Assembly: GCA_043800555.1 (NCBI GenBank)
Contig: JAZDMX010000003.1
Span: 240,033-304,032 of the forward strand
Source: Candidatus Omnitrophota bacterium
GTDB taxonomy: Bacteria > Omnitrophota > Gorgyraeia > Gygaellales > Profunditerraquicolaceae
Reading direction: 5' to 3'
Length of the DNA: 64,000 nucleotides
Shown: positions 1 to 7,244 of the stretch, piece after piece
Layout of the letters: each line of letters opens with the position of its first letter
Position numbering within the stretch: the stretch's first letter is position 1
Notes under the pieces: generated by a model
Seen by the model: the letters and a program-made list of their open reading frames with translations, nothing else
Databases searched by the model: none
What the model was told of the DNA's origin: nothing
Made by a program: the position numbers and the translations under genes

Positions 1-195
1 GGAAGGCGGGGTTACCCACCCGGATAAACAGGGTTACGCTTAGCCGGATCATTAAAGTATTTTACCGGGATAAAAAATTCATCGGGGCAAAGAACAGGCT
101 GGTTTTATCCGCGGGATTAGGCAGGGTTAAGATTATAGAAAATGTCCCTTGGGAAGTTATAGAAGCTGCTATAAGAAGCAGGATAAAATAGGTAG

Positions 196-684
196 TTAGG
201 AAGGGCTCAAGAGCTTAATAGTTTTGCCTTTAAATTCGATTTCCGCTGCGTCTATCCCGATCCTTTTGACCTTAGCGCCTTCGATCATGTCCCCCGTAAC
301 GACAATCTTATTGTTGATTAAGGCGTAGCTTTTGCCTTGTTCAAAAAACACGCCGTTTAAGACGAATTCTTCCTTATCGGCGAAGGCACTCTTTGCTATT
401 GGAGCAGGAGGGATGGTCTTTTTGGCAGGGGCCGGGTGAATTTGCGGTGTTGTTTGCGTCAGGACAATCTCAGTCTCGCGCGAAAGCGATTCTTCCCGGG
501 GGCCATAGTAGTTATACGCGTAATTGCCCAGGGCTAACCCCGCGCAGACTACGAAGATATAGACCAATAAGGGGTTGGTTTTTGTGCCGGCCGCTCCTGC
601 GCCCCGGGTTTTTTCTCCGTCAGCTCCACCTTGAGTTTTATGCGATATATGCATGCCTATTTTCTCCGGGTATTCTTTCTCCAA
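196..684 (-). CDS. hypothetical membrane-anchored protein (one N-proximal TM helix; C-terminal beta-rich domain faintly GspC/PilP-like)
   Basis: 162-aa ORF with hydrophobic segment LLVYIFVVCAGLALG; no catalytic motif recognised; transcribed divergently from the PilZ operon. Confidence 0.45.
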   Translation of the reverse strand: MEKEYPEKIGMHISHKTQGGADGEKTRGAGAAGTKTNPLLVYIFVVCAGLALGNYAYNYYGPREESLSRETEIVLTQTTPQIHPAPAKKTIPPAPIAKSAFADKEEFVLNGVFFEQGKSYALINNKIVVTGDMIEGAKVKRIGIDAAEIEFKGKTIKLLSPS

Positions 685-738
685 ACTCTATTATAACAAA
701 AACTATCCGGTTGTAAAGTTATGAAAATGCGGATGTTT

Positions 739-837
739 CGAAAATGGGGACGCGAAAATGGGGACGTTTCTACTTTTCTAGAAGCTAAGGCCGGAAAAGT
801 AGAAACGTCCCCATTTTCGCCAACGTCCCCATTTTCG
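739..837. repeat. long palindromic intergenic repeat, copy A (left arm carries a 14-nt tandem duplication CGAAAATGGGGACG x2, mirrored on the right arm)
   Basis: Near-perfect inverted repeat: ...GGGGACGTTTCTACTTTTC, 15-nt loop TAGAAGCTAAGGCCG, then GAAAAGTAGAAACGTCCCC...; the same arms recur at 5726, 46516 and 63891. Confidence 0.85.
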
Positions 838-865
838 CCTCCGGTTTTCATTTCAAAGAGCGTGA

Positions 866-894
866 TTGACAGGCTTTGGAAATTGTGCTATATT
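866..894 (+). promoter_or_regulatory. sigma70-type promoter candidate for the PilZ operon (TTGACA-17nt-TATATT)
   Basis: TTGACA at 866-871, TATATT at 889-894, about 45 nt upstream of the first CDS. Confidence 0.5.
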
Positions 895-940
895 TTGTAA
901 ATGGAATTAAGCCGCATCTTCTTCTTATGGGAGAGTCAGT

Positions 941-1288
941 TTGCCGGTGAATGCAGAAGCTAGAAGACGGGCTCAAAGGATAGGGCTGCGCGCCGAAATG
1001 CGCTACCACATAAGGGGTGGCGTATCGGAATTCGTTAACGTTGTCTCCAATAATATAAGTTCCACGGGGGTGAGTTTTAACGCAAGCAGCTATATCCCCC
1101 CGCAAACGCCGTTAATGCTGGAGATTGACGTTCTTTCCAGGGTCTTGCATCCAATCGGGAGAGTGGCCTGGTGCCAGGCTTTGCCGCACGCTTACCGTAA
1201 TAGCTTGGGGGTGGAATTCTTGGAGATGGATCCGTTGGAAAAGAATTACCTGGAAGATTATATCAACATGCAAAAAAGCAGGTTTTAG
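941..1288 (+). CDS. PilZ domain protein (c-di-GMP receptor)
   Basis: 115 aa; RRRAQR (RxxxR) and NISSTG (D/NxSxxG) PilZ signature motifs; TTG start. Confidence 0.75.
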   Translation: MPVNAEARRRAQRIGLRAEMRYHIRGGVSEFVNVVSNNISSTGVSFNASSYIPPQTPLMLEIDVLSRVLHPIGRVAWCQALPHAYRNSLGVEFLEMDPLEKNYLEDYINMQKSRF

Positions 1289-1308
1289 GGAAAGGAAAAA
1301 CAGAGAAG

Positions 1309-1500
1309 ATGGCAACCGAAGAGACTAAGGCGCCGGCTCAGGCCGAAGCTAAGCCGAAAGAAGAGAAGCAGACGAATTGTTTAAGCTGTAATAAACCGAT
1401 TAAGAAAATAAGGCGTTATTATCGCGACGGAAAATACTATTGCACTAAAAAATGCTGGTCTAATTTTATCCAGAAGGCTAAAGGCGAAGGTAACAAATGA
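1309..1500 (+). CDS. small zinc-ribbon protein (CxxC...CxxxC), Lys-rich
   Basis: 63 aa ORF; CLSCNK ... CTKKC; ATGA overlap with the next gene. Confidence 0.55.
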   Translation: MATEETKAPAQAEAKPKEEKQTNCLSCNKPIKKIRRYYRDGKYYCTKKCWSNFIQKAKGEGNK

Positions 1501-1877
1501 GCTCCGGAATCGAGAAAAGAAAGCACCCCAGGCTTAAGCAGAAGCTTCCTTTTAAGGTAGCGGCTAACGGGTATGATTTTTCAACGACTACCCAGAATAT
1601 CAGTTGTGTGGGCGCGTATTGCCGGATAAAGAAATACATACCTCCGTTTACTAGAGTAGCGATTAAATTGACCCTTCCGATTAAAAAAGCGGATAATAAG
1701 GCAAAACGCACGATTGACTGCGAGGGCGTAATCGTCAGGACCGAAGATAAGGATAACAGCGGTTTTAATATAGCTATCTTTTTTAACCGGATCAATGATT
1801 CCCAGCGTAAGATTATAAACGCGTACATAAACCAATTTTTGCCGCAGGGCGTATCCGCAGCAGCCTCTTTAAAGTAA
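1497..1877 (+). CDS. PilZ domain protein (c-di-GMP receptor)
   Basis: 126 aa; RKHPR and NISCVG PilZ motifs. Confidence 0.7.
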   Translation: MSSGIEKRKHPRLKQKLPFKVAANGYDFSTTTQNISCVGAYCRIKKYIPPFTRVAIKLTLPIKKADNKAKRTIDCEGVIVRTEDKDNSGFNIAIFFNRINDSQRKIINAYINQFLPQGVSAAASLK

Positions 1878-1880
1878 GAG

Positions 1881-2408
1881 ATGGGGAAAATAGCCCCCGA
1901 TAAACCCGTTAAGCTTATTATCGGTTTTATTTTTGGCGAAAAGGCATTCTTTGAGAAGGCAAAACTTGATCTAACCAGGCATTTCGGAAGGATTGACTTT
2001 GAAAGCGGGCCAATGCCTTTTACCGTGACCGGATATTACCGGGAAGAATTTGGCGAGGGCCTTTCAAGGGTATTCGTAAGTTTTTCCAAGTTCATCAAGC
2101 CGCAGCAAATTTCCGGCATAAAAATCCTCACTAATAAGATTGAAAAGAAGCTGACAAGAGAGTCAAAGCGCTTGGTTAATATTGATCCGGGTTACCTTGA
2201 TTTGGCTAAGCTTGTTTTGGCTTCGACCAAGGATTATGTCCACCGCATATATTTGAATAAAGGGATATTCGCCGAGATAACTTTGTTTTATCAGGATAAA
2301 AGTTTTCAGGATTGGAAGTGGACTTATCCTGATTTCCGGAGTAAAGAGTATATCGCGATGTTTAACCAGATCAGGAAATTATATGCAGAGCAGGCCCGGA
2401 AAGAATAA
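1881..2408 (+). CDS. DUF4416 family protein
   Basis: 175 aa; sequence pattern recalled for DUF4416; 26-nt overlap with the downstream radical SAM gene. Confidence 0.55.
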   Translation: MGKIAPDKPVKLIIGFIFGEKAFFEKAKLDLTRHFGRIDFESGPMPFTVTGYYREEFGEGLSRVFVSFSKFIKPQQISGIKILTNKIEKKLTRESKRLVNIDPGYLDLAKLVLASTKDYVHRIYLNKGIFAEITLFYQDKSFQDWKWTYPDFRSKEYIAMFNQIRKLYAEQARKE

Positions 2409-3369
2409 GCCGGTTTATTTAGAGTCATTTCAAAACGGCTTGCTTGATGAGGTGGCCGGAAGGCTTTTTGGTTCTTTAGAGTCTTGCGCGATCTGCCCCC
2501 GGAAATGCAAGGTAAACCGGCTAAACGGCGAAAAAGGTTTTTGCGGTTCAGGCTTAAAGCCTAAGGTGTACAGCTATATGGCGCATCACGGAGAGGAGCC
2601 GGCTATTTCAGGCTCGCGCGGTTCAGGCACAATATTTTTCTCGAATTGCAATATGGGTTGCGTATATTGCCAGAACTATGAATTCAGCCAAAATGGCTCC
2701 GGCAGGGAAGTCAGCTTTGAAGAGTTAGCCGGATTTATGCTGGAGTTGCAAGGCATGGGCTGCCACAATATTAATTTAGTTACGCCGACACATCTCCTGC
2801 CGCAAATCCTTAAGGCGTTAAGGATCGCTATTAGCGCCGGCCTGGATATCCCGTTAGTTTATAATACCGGCGGATACGAATCAGCCGGGATAATAAAATT
2901 ATTGAGGGGGATTATCGATATCTATTTACCGGATATGCGCTATGCCGGAGCAAGGCAGGCGATTGAGTTTTCCGGCGCGCCGGATTATCCGGAAAACAAC
3001 CGGGAATCCGTAAAAGAAATGTTTTGCCAGGCGGGGATAGCCAAAATGGATGGATCCGGAATAATTGAACGCGGCATAATCATAAGGCACCTTGTTTTGC
3101 CAGGCGGGGTTAGCGGGACAGAGGAAATCATGGAATTCATTTCTAAAGAGATTTCTTGCGAAACTTACGTAAGCTTGATGAGCCAGTATTTGCCGTATCA
3201 TAAAGCGGCGGAATTCAAAGGGATAAACCGCAGGTTAAAGTTTGGCGAATATAAAGAGGCGCAAAGGGCCATGGAAAAATACGGCTTGTATAACGGCTGG
3301 GTTCAGGAGTCATTCGGTTTGGAAAGGTTTGCGGGAGTAAACATAAAATCAGTGCTTAAAGATGAATAA
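2383..3369 (+). CDS. radical SAM protein, PflX-like (COG1313 family)
   Basis: 328 aa; N-terminal Cys cluster CAICPRKCKVNR...GFCG followed by the radical SAM motif CNMGCVYCQN. Confidence 0.8.
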   Translation: MQSRPGKNKPVYLESFQNGLLDEVAGRLFGSLESCAICPRKCKVNRLNGEKGFCGSGLKPKVYSYMAHHGEEPAISGSRGSGTIFFSNCNMGCVYCQNYEFSQNGSGREVSFEELAGFMLELQGMGCHNINLVTPTHLLPQILKALRIAISAGLDIPLVYNTGGYESAGIIKLLRGIIDIYLPDMRYAGARQAIEFSGAPDYPENNRESVKEMFCQAGIAKMDGSGIIERGIIIRHLVLPGGVSGTEEIMEFISKEISCETYVSLMSQYLPYHKAAEFKGINRRLKFGEYKEAQRAMEKYGLYNGWVQESFGLERFAGVNIKSVLKDE

Positions 3370-3883
3370 GGCGGATTTTCTTGGCAAGCTGTCAAAGGTA
3401 AAAGGCCTTTTATACCAGAAGCTTTTTAATATTAACGATACCGAGCAAAAAGTGGCCCTGGGTTTCGGCATAGGGGTATTTACCGGGATTTTACCGGGGG
3501 CCGGTCCTCTGGCAGCTTTGTTTTTGGCGGTACTTTTTAAGGTTAACCGTGCCAGCGCCCTTATCGGCAGCATCCTTACCAACACTTGGCTTAGCCTGGT
3601 AACTTTTCTCTTGGCAATCAAAATCGGTTCTGTTATATTTAGGGTTAGCTGGCAAGGCCTTAGAAGCGAATGGGCCTTTATCGCAAAGAACCCGGCTGGG
3701 AAGGATTTATTCACTATGCCTGTCTTGAAAGTTGCCCTCCCGGTGATAACCGGGTATTTTGTAATTTCTTTGTGTTTGGGCGGAATTTCTTATTTAATCG
3801 CGTTGATCGCGCTAAAAAACAGGCGCGCTGCCTGGCGCACGGGGATAACCGGTTCGCCGTATCCATGGCGCAAAAGGATTTAA
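3362..3883 (+). CDS. DUF2062 family membrane protein
   Basis: 173 aa; multiple TM helices; GILPGAGP motif typical of DUF2062. Confidence 0.6.
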   Translation: MNKADFLGKLSKVKGLLYQKLFNINDTEQKVALGFGIGVFTGILPGAGPLAALFLAVLFKVNRASALIGSILTNTWLSLVTFLLAIKIGSVIFRVSWQGLRSEWAFIAKNPAGKDLFTMPVLKVALPVITGYFVISLCLGGISYLIALIALKNRRAAWRTGITGSPYPWRKRI

Positions 3884-3887
3884 GATT

Positions 3888-4955
3888 ATGAAGAGTAAAG
3901 TGTATTTTACCCCCGTAGATTCTGCGGATAATATCCAGGATATAAACGTAAAGACCAAAAATCTGCTAAAGAAAAGCAGGCTTTTCGATTTTATCCAAAA
4001 GAAGGATAAAACGGCGCTAAAAATGCATTTTGGCGAAGAAGGAAATACCGGTTTTGTAAGGCCTGAACATGCGGGGGTTATTTGCCGTGAAATCCTTGAT
4101 AGGGGGGCGGAAGTTTTTCTATCGGACGCAAACACCCTTTACCGGGGAAGGCGCCTTGAGGCCGGAGAGCATTTGGCGCTTGCAAAGGAGCATGGTTTTG
4201 TCAAAGAAATTACCGGCGTAGATGTAATAATTCCTGATGACCATGATGCGCAAGCTAGCGTCGAAGTAGCGATTGGCCAGAAATTCATTAAAGCCGCTAA
4301 GGTTGCCCGTGTTTTTATCGAGGCGGATGCAATTGTCGCTTTAAGCCATTTTAAAGGGCATATATTGACCGGTTTCGGCGGCGCGGTTAAGAACATTGGA
4401 ATGGGTTGCGCTACCAGAGAAGGAAAGCTCGCCCAGCATTGCGATGTTTCGCCGGTTGTCTATTCGAATAAATGCATTGGTTGCGCAGAGTGCCGGAAGG
4501 TTTGCCCGGCAGGGGCAATCCGCATTGAAAATAAAAAGTCCGTAATAGATAAAGCAAAATGTATTGGTTGCGCAAGTTGTATGGCTGCTTGCTCTACTAT
4601 GGCGATGTTCATAGATTTTGCAGCAGGCGAAAAAACGCAAGATAAAATTGCGGAGTATTGTTGGGCTGTGCTTAGAGGCAAGAAGGCCAAGGCGGCCTTC
4701 ATTAACTTTGCGGTTAAAATCAATAAGGAATGCGACTGTTGGGGCGCAGAAAACCCCAGGATTGCCCCTGATGTCGGGATACTTGCTTCGCGGGATCCCG
4801 TAAGTATCGATAAAGCGAGTTTTGATTTGGTTAATAAGGCTTGCGAAAAGGATATTTTTAAAGCGACGCATCCGGATTCTAATGGGATGAAGCAGCTTGA
4901 ATATGCCCAGGAAATCGGTTTAGGCAGCCTTGATTACGATTTGGTTGCGGTATAA
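3888..4955 (+). CDS. DUF362 domain protein with two 4Fe-4S ferredoxin motifs
   Basis: 355 aa; CIGCAECRKVCP and CIGCASCMAAC (CxxCxxCxxxCP) motifs. Confidence 0.75.
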   Translation: MKSKVYFTPVDSADNIQDINVKTKNLLKKSRLFDFIQKKDKTALKMHFGEEGNTGFVRPEHAGVICREILDRGAEVFLSDANTLYRGRRLEAGEHLALAKEHGFVKEITGVDVIIPDDHDAQASVEVAIGQKFIKAAKVARVFIEADAIVALSHFKGHILTGFGGAVKNIGMGCATREGKLAQHCDVSPVVYSNKCIGCAECRKVCPAGAIRIENKKSVIDKAKCIGCASCMAACSTMAMFIDFAAGEKTQDKIAEYCWAVLRGKKAKAAFINFAVKINKECDCWGAENPRIAPDVGILASRDPVSIDKASFDLVNKACEKDIFKATHPDSNGMKQLEYAQEIGLGSLDYDLVAV

Positions 4956-4970
4956 GATTAAGGAGTAAGT

Positions 4971-5465
4971 ATGGCGAATTTCTCATTTGATATTGTTTCT
5001 GAAGTTGACCTGCAGGAAGTGGATAACGCGGTAAATCAAGCCTCTAAGGAACTGGCCCAGCGCTACGATTTTAAAGATAGCAAGGCTTCTATTGTTTTTG
5101 ACCGCAAGGAGGAGAAAATTACCCTGGTTGCGGACAATGATTTTAAGCTGCAGGCGCTTACTGATATGCTGCGAACGCGGCTAGCCAAAAGAGGGGTTTC
5201 CCTTAAATCCCTTAAATTTAACGAGGTTGAAAAGGCTTTCGAAGGCTATTTGCGGCAGTCCGTCCAAGTCTGTATGGGTATTGAAAAGGAAAAGGCAAAA
5301 GACCTGGTAGGGATTATAAAAGGCTTGGGTTTAAAAGCGCAAGCTCAAATAGAAGGTGAGAAGGTAAAGGTGAGCTCATCTAAAAAAGATGAACTTCAGG
5401 CGGTTATCGCGCATTTACGGGGTTTAGATTTTTCCATTCCCCTTAGTTTTGGTAATTACAGGTAA
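4971..5465 (+). CDS. yajQ: YajQ family nucleotide-binding protein (UPF0234; c-di-GMP binding reported in Xanthomonas)
   Basis: 164 aa; the N-terminus MANFSFDIVSEVDLQEVDNAVNQASKE matches the YajQ family. Confidence 0.85.
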   Translation: MANFSFDIVSEVDLQEVDNAVNQASKELAQRYDFKDSKASIVFDRKEEKITLVADNDFKLQALTDMLRTRLAKRGVSLKSLKFNEVEKAFEGYLRQSVQVCMGIEKEKAKDLVGIIKGLGLKAQAQIEGEKVKVSSSKKDELQAVIAHLRGLDFSIPLSFGNYR

Positions 5466-5471
5466 AATGAG

Positions 5472-5490
5472 AAAGGTGATTGTCACCTTT
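5472..5490. promoter_or_regulatory. perfect 8-3-8 palindrome AAAGGTGA-TTG-TCACCTTT (candidate operator)
   Basis: Lies between the yajQ stop and the RBS/start of the small CxxC protein. Confidence 0.3.
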
Positions 5491-5515
5491 CAGGCGTAGC
5501 AAAAAAGGAGGCAAT

Positions 5516-5680
5516 GTGGCGTATCAAAGTGGTGGTGGATTTGGTGGTGGGCCAAGGGAAATGCACAAAGCAACTTGTTCGGAATGTAAAAAGGAGTGCG
5601 AAGTCCCTTTTAAGCCCAGGGAAGACCGTCCGATATACTGCAAGGAATGTTATTCCAAGCGTAAGAACGAAGGACGTTAA
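5516..5680 (+). CDS. small Gly-rich zinc-ribbon protein (CxxC-x17-CxxC)
   Basis: RBS AAGGAGG at 5505-5511 then a GTG start; an in-frame TTG at 5480 is an alternative start. Confidence 0.5.
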   Translation: MAYQSGGGFGGGPREMHKATCSECKKECEVPFKPREDRPIYCKECYSKRKNEGR

Positions 5681-5725
5681 AGTATCAAAGTTAACTGTTG
5701 CCAGCCCCGCCTTCGGCGGGGCGGT

Positions 5726-5813
5726 AAAAACGGGGACGTTTCTAGCAAAAAACGGGGACGTTTCTGCTTTTCCGGCTTTAGGTCCTGGAAAAGTAGAAAC
5801 GTCCCCTTTTTTT
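5726..5813. repeat. palindromic intergenic repeat, copy B (partial left-arm duplication; ends in T7)
   Basis: AAAAACGGGGACGTTTCTAG + AAAAAACGGGGACGTTTCTGCTTTTCC, loop GGCTTTAGGTCCT, GGAAAAGTAGAAACGTCCCCTTTTTTT; preceded by a GC hairpin at 5704-5723. Confidence 0.85.
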
Positions 5814-5833
5814 GCGCAAGGCTTAATTTTAGA

Positions 5834-5861
5834 TTGACAAACTAGAAAATTGTGTTAGAAT
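5834..5861 (+). promoter_or_regulatory. sigmaA-type promoter of the hrcA operon (TTGACA-16nt-TAGAAT with TGn extension)
   Basis: TTGACA 5834-5839; TGTGTTAGAAT 5851-5861. Confidence 0.6.
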
Positions 5862-5867
5862 TTCACT

Positions 5868-5894
5868 TTAGCATTCTTAAGGTGAGAGTGCTAA
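5868..5894 (+). promoter_or_regulatory. CIRCE operator (HrcA binding site)
   Basis: TTAGCATTC-N9-GAGTGCTAA versus consensus TTAGCACTC-N9-GAGTGCTAA; located between the promoter and hrcA. Confidence 0.85.
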
Positions 5895-5913
5895 TACGAG
5901 AAAAGGTGTTTCT

Positions 5914-6654
5914 ATGGTAAAGAATGTTGAGCGTCAAGCCAGGAAAAGAGCGGTTCTATCTACTACTATTAACAAGTATATCCTGGAAGCTTGCCCTATT
6001 GCTTCCGAAGAGTTAGCCGAGCATTTTGATTTAAGTTCAGCTACCATAAGGAATATATTTAGCGAGTTGGAAGACGAAGGATACTTGACGCATCTTTATA
6101 CTTCAGGCGGAAGGGTCCCTACTGAAAAGGGTTACCGTTATTACGTTGATTCGCTTTTGCTGCAGATGCAGCTTATAGATGAGGAGAAGGAAAGGATCCT
6201 TTGGGAATACGAAAAAGAAGTTAAGTGCATGGAAGATGTTTTGGAAGAGACTTCCAGGTTGATTGAGCAGACAACGCATTATACCGGCATTGTTTCGCTT
6301 CTAGAGTGGCAGGACAAGATGTTTTATAAGGGGCTGAACCGGATACTGGAGCAGCCGGAATTCAAAGATGCCGATAAAATGCGGATGTTGATTAAGGCGG
6401 TTGAAGATAAGCGGCGCCTGTTAGAAGTTATCAACCGTGAACTGCCGGATGGGGCAAGGGTTTACATCGGTAGTGAACTGAACTGCCCCGAAATGGAAAA
6501 TTGCTCTTTGGTTGTTTCTAGTTATTGCCGTAAGAATAAACCCCAGGGCAGGCTGGCAGTCTTGGGCCCGGTGCGCATGGAATACCGGCGGATTATACCG
6601 ACTTTGGAATATATCTCGGGTGTATTAAGCGAAACTCTGGAGAATTTTGATTAA
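5914..6654 (+). CDS. hrcA: heat-inducible transcription repressor HrcA (short form, 246 aa)
   Basis: SSATIRN, GRVPTEKGYRYYVD, QPEF and EMENCSL motifs shared with B. subtilis HrcA; lacks about 90 aa of the central region. Confidence 0.85.
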   Translation: MVKNVERQARKRAVLSTTINKYILEACPIASEELAEHFDLSSATIRNIFSELEDEGYLTHLYTSGGRVPTEKGYRYYVDSLLLQMQLIDEEKERILWEYEKEVKCMEDVLEETSRLIEQTTHYTGIVSLLEWQDKMFYKGLNRILEQPEFKDADKMRMLIKAVEDKRRLLEVINRELPDGARVYIGSELNCPEMENCSLVVSSYCRKNKPQGRLAVLGPVRMEYRRIIPTLEYISGVLSETLENFD

Positions 6655-7211
6655 TGAACGGGCATAAGCAAAATAATAAGGAAGAAAAAAGCATACTATT
6701 AAAGGAAACCGAGTATTTGAGCTTGAAGGAAAAAGCGGAAATGGCGCAGGAATTTTCGGACAAATGCTTGCGCTTGCAGGCTGATTTTGAGAATATCCGT
6801 AAGCGTATTGAGCGGGAAAAACAGGATTTTGTAAAATTTGCCAATGAAGGTATTATTCTGGAGCTTTTAAATGTGTTGGATGATTTGGGGCGCAGCGTAA
6901 ACCTTGCGGAAACGCACAAAGAAGACCTGTCCGTATTTCTTAAAGGGGTGGAGATGATCCTGGCCCACCTTTATGAGATGCTTAAGGAATATGGGCTTAA
7001 GCCTATCGAGGCAGAAGGAAAGATGTTTGACCCCGCTTACCACGAAGCCTTGTTGCAGGTCGAAAATAAAGATTTGCCGGAGAATACGGTAGTCGAAGAA
7101 TTGCAAAAAGGGTACTTATTGAATGAGCGGGTCATCCGCACCGCAAAAGTTAAAGTTTCTAAGAAAGAGAATACTGATCTGGATTGTCCGCAGCGAGGGT
7201 CCGCTCAATAG
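6654..7211 (+). CDS. grpE: nucleotide exchange factor GrpE
   Basis: 185 aa; FENIRKRIEREK motif; TAATG overlap with hrcA. Confidence 0.9.
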   Translation: MNGHKQNNKEEKSILLKETEYLSLKEKAEMAQEFSDKCLRLQADFENIRKRIEREKQDFVKFANEGIILELLNVLDDLGRSVNLAETHKEDLSVFLKGVEMILAHLYEMLKEYGLKPIEAEGKMFDPAYHEALLQVENKDLPENTVVEELQKGYLLNERVIRTAKVKVSKKENTDLDCPQRGSAQ

Positions 7212-7244
7212 GGCATCCTTAGGGGGTTTTAAAAGGAGGTTTAT

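Noticed and set aside
393-716. 107-aa + strand ORF antisense to the 196-684 gene, and similar antisense ORFs inside dnaK (7721-8758), rpoD (27738-28493), lptD (19724-20275), the GH94-like gene (43198-46008) and elsewhere
   Set aside because: They lie fully within strongly supported genes on the opposite strand, have low-complexity translations, and have no RBS.
657-851. Six-frame ORFs 657-851(-), 5514-5837(+) and 46509-46835(-) whose translations share the peptide ...GDVSTFPALA..KVETSPF...
   Set aside because: The shared peptide comes from reading through copies of the palindromic repeat. These ORFs have no RBS, overlap real genes or promoters, and their similarity tracks the DNA repeat, not protein conservation.
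5704-5723. GC-rich hairpin GCCCCGCC-TTCG-GGCGGGGC after the small zinc-ribbon gene as a rho-independent terminator
   Set aside because: No U-tract follows on either strand. It abuts repeat copy B, which supplies the T7 run, so it cannot be called separately with confidence.
5726-5813. Possible CRISPR array, given the recurring identical about 26-nt sequences
   Set aside because: Copies are scattered tens of kb apart, each is an inverted repeat that forms a hairpin, there is no regular repeat-spacer periodicity, and no cas genes are nearby.
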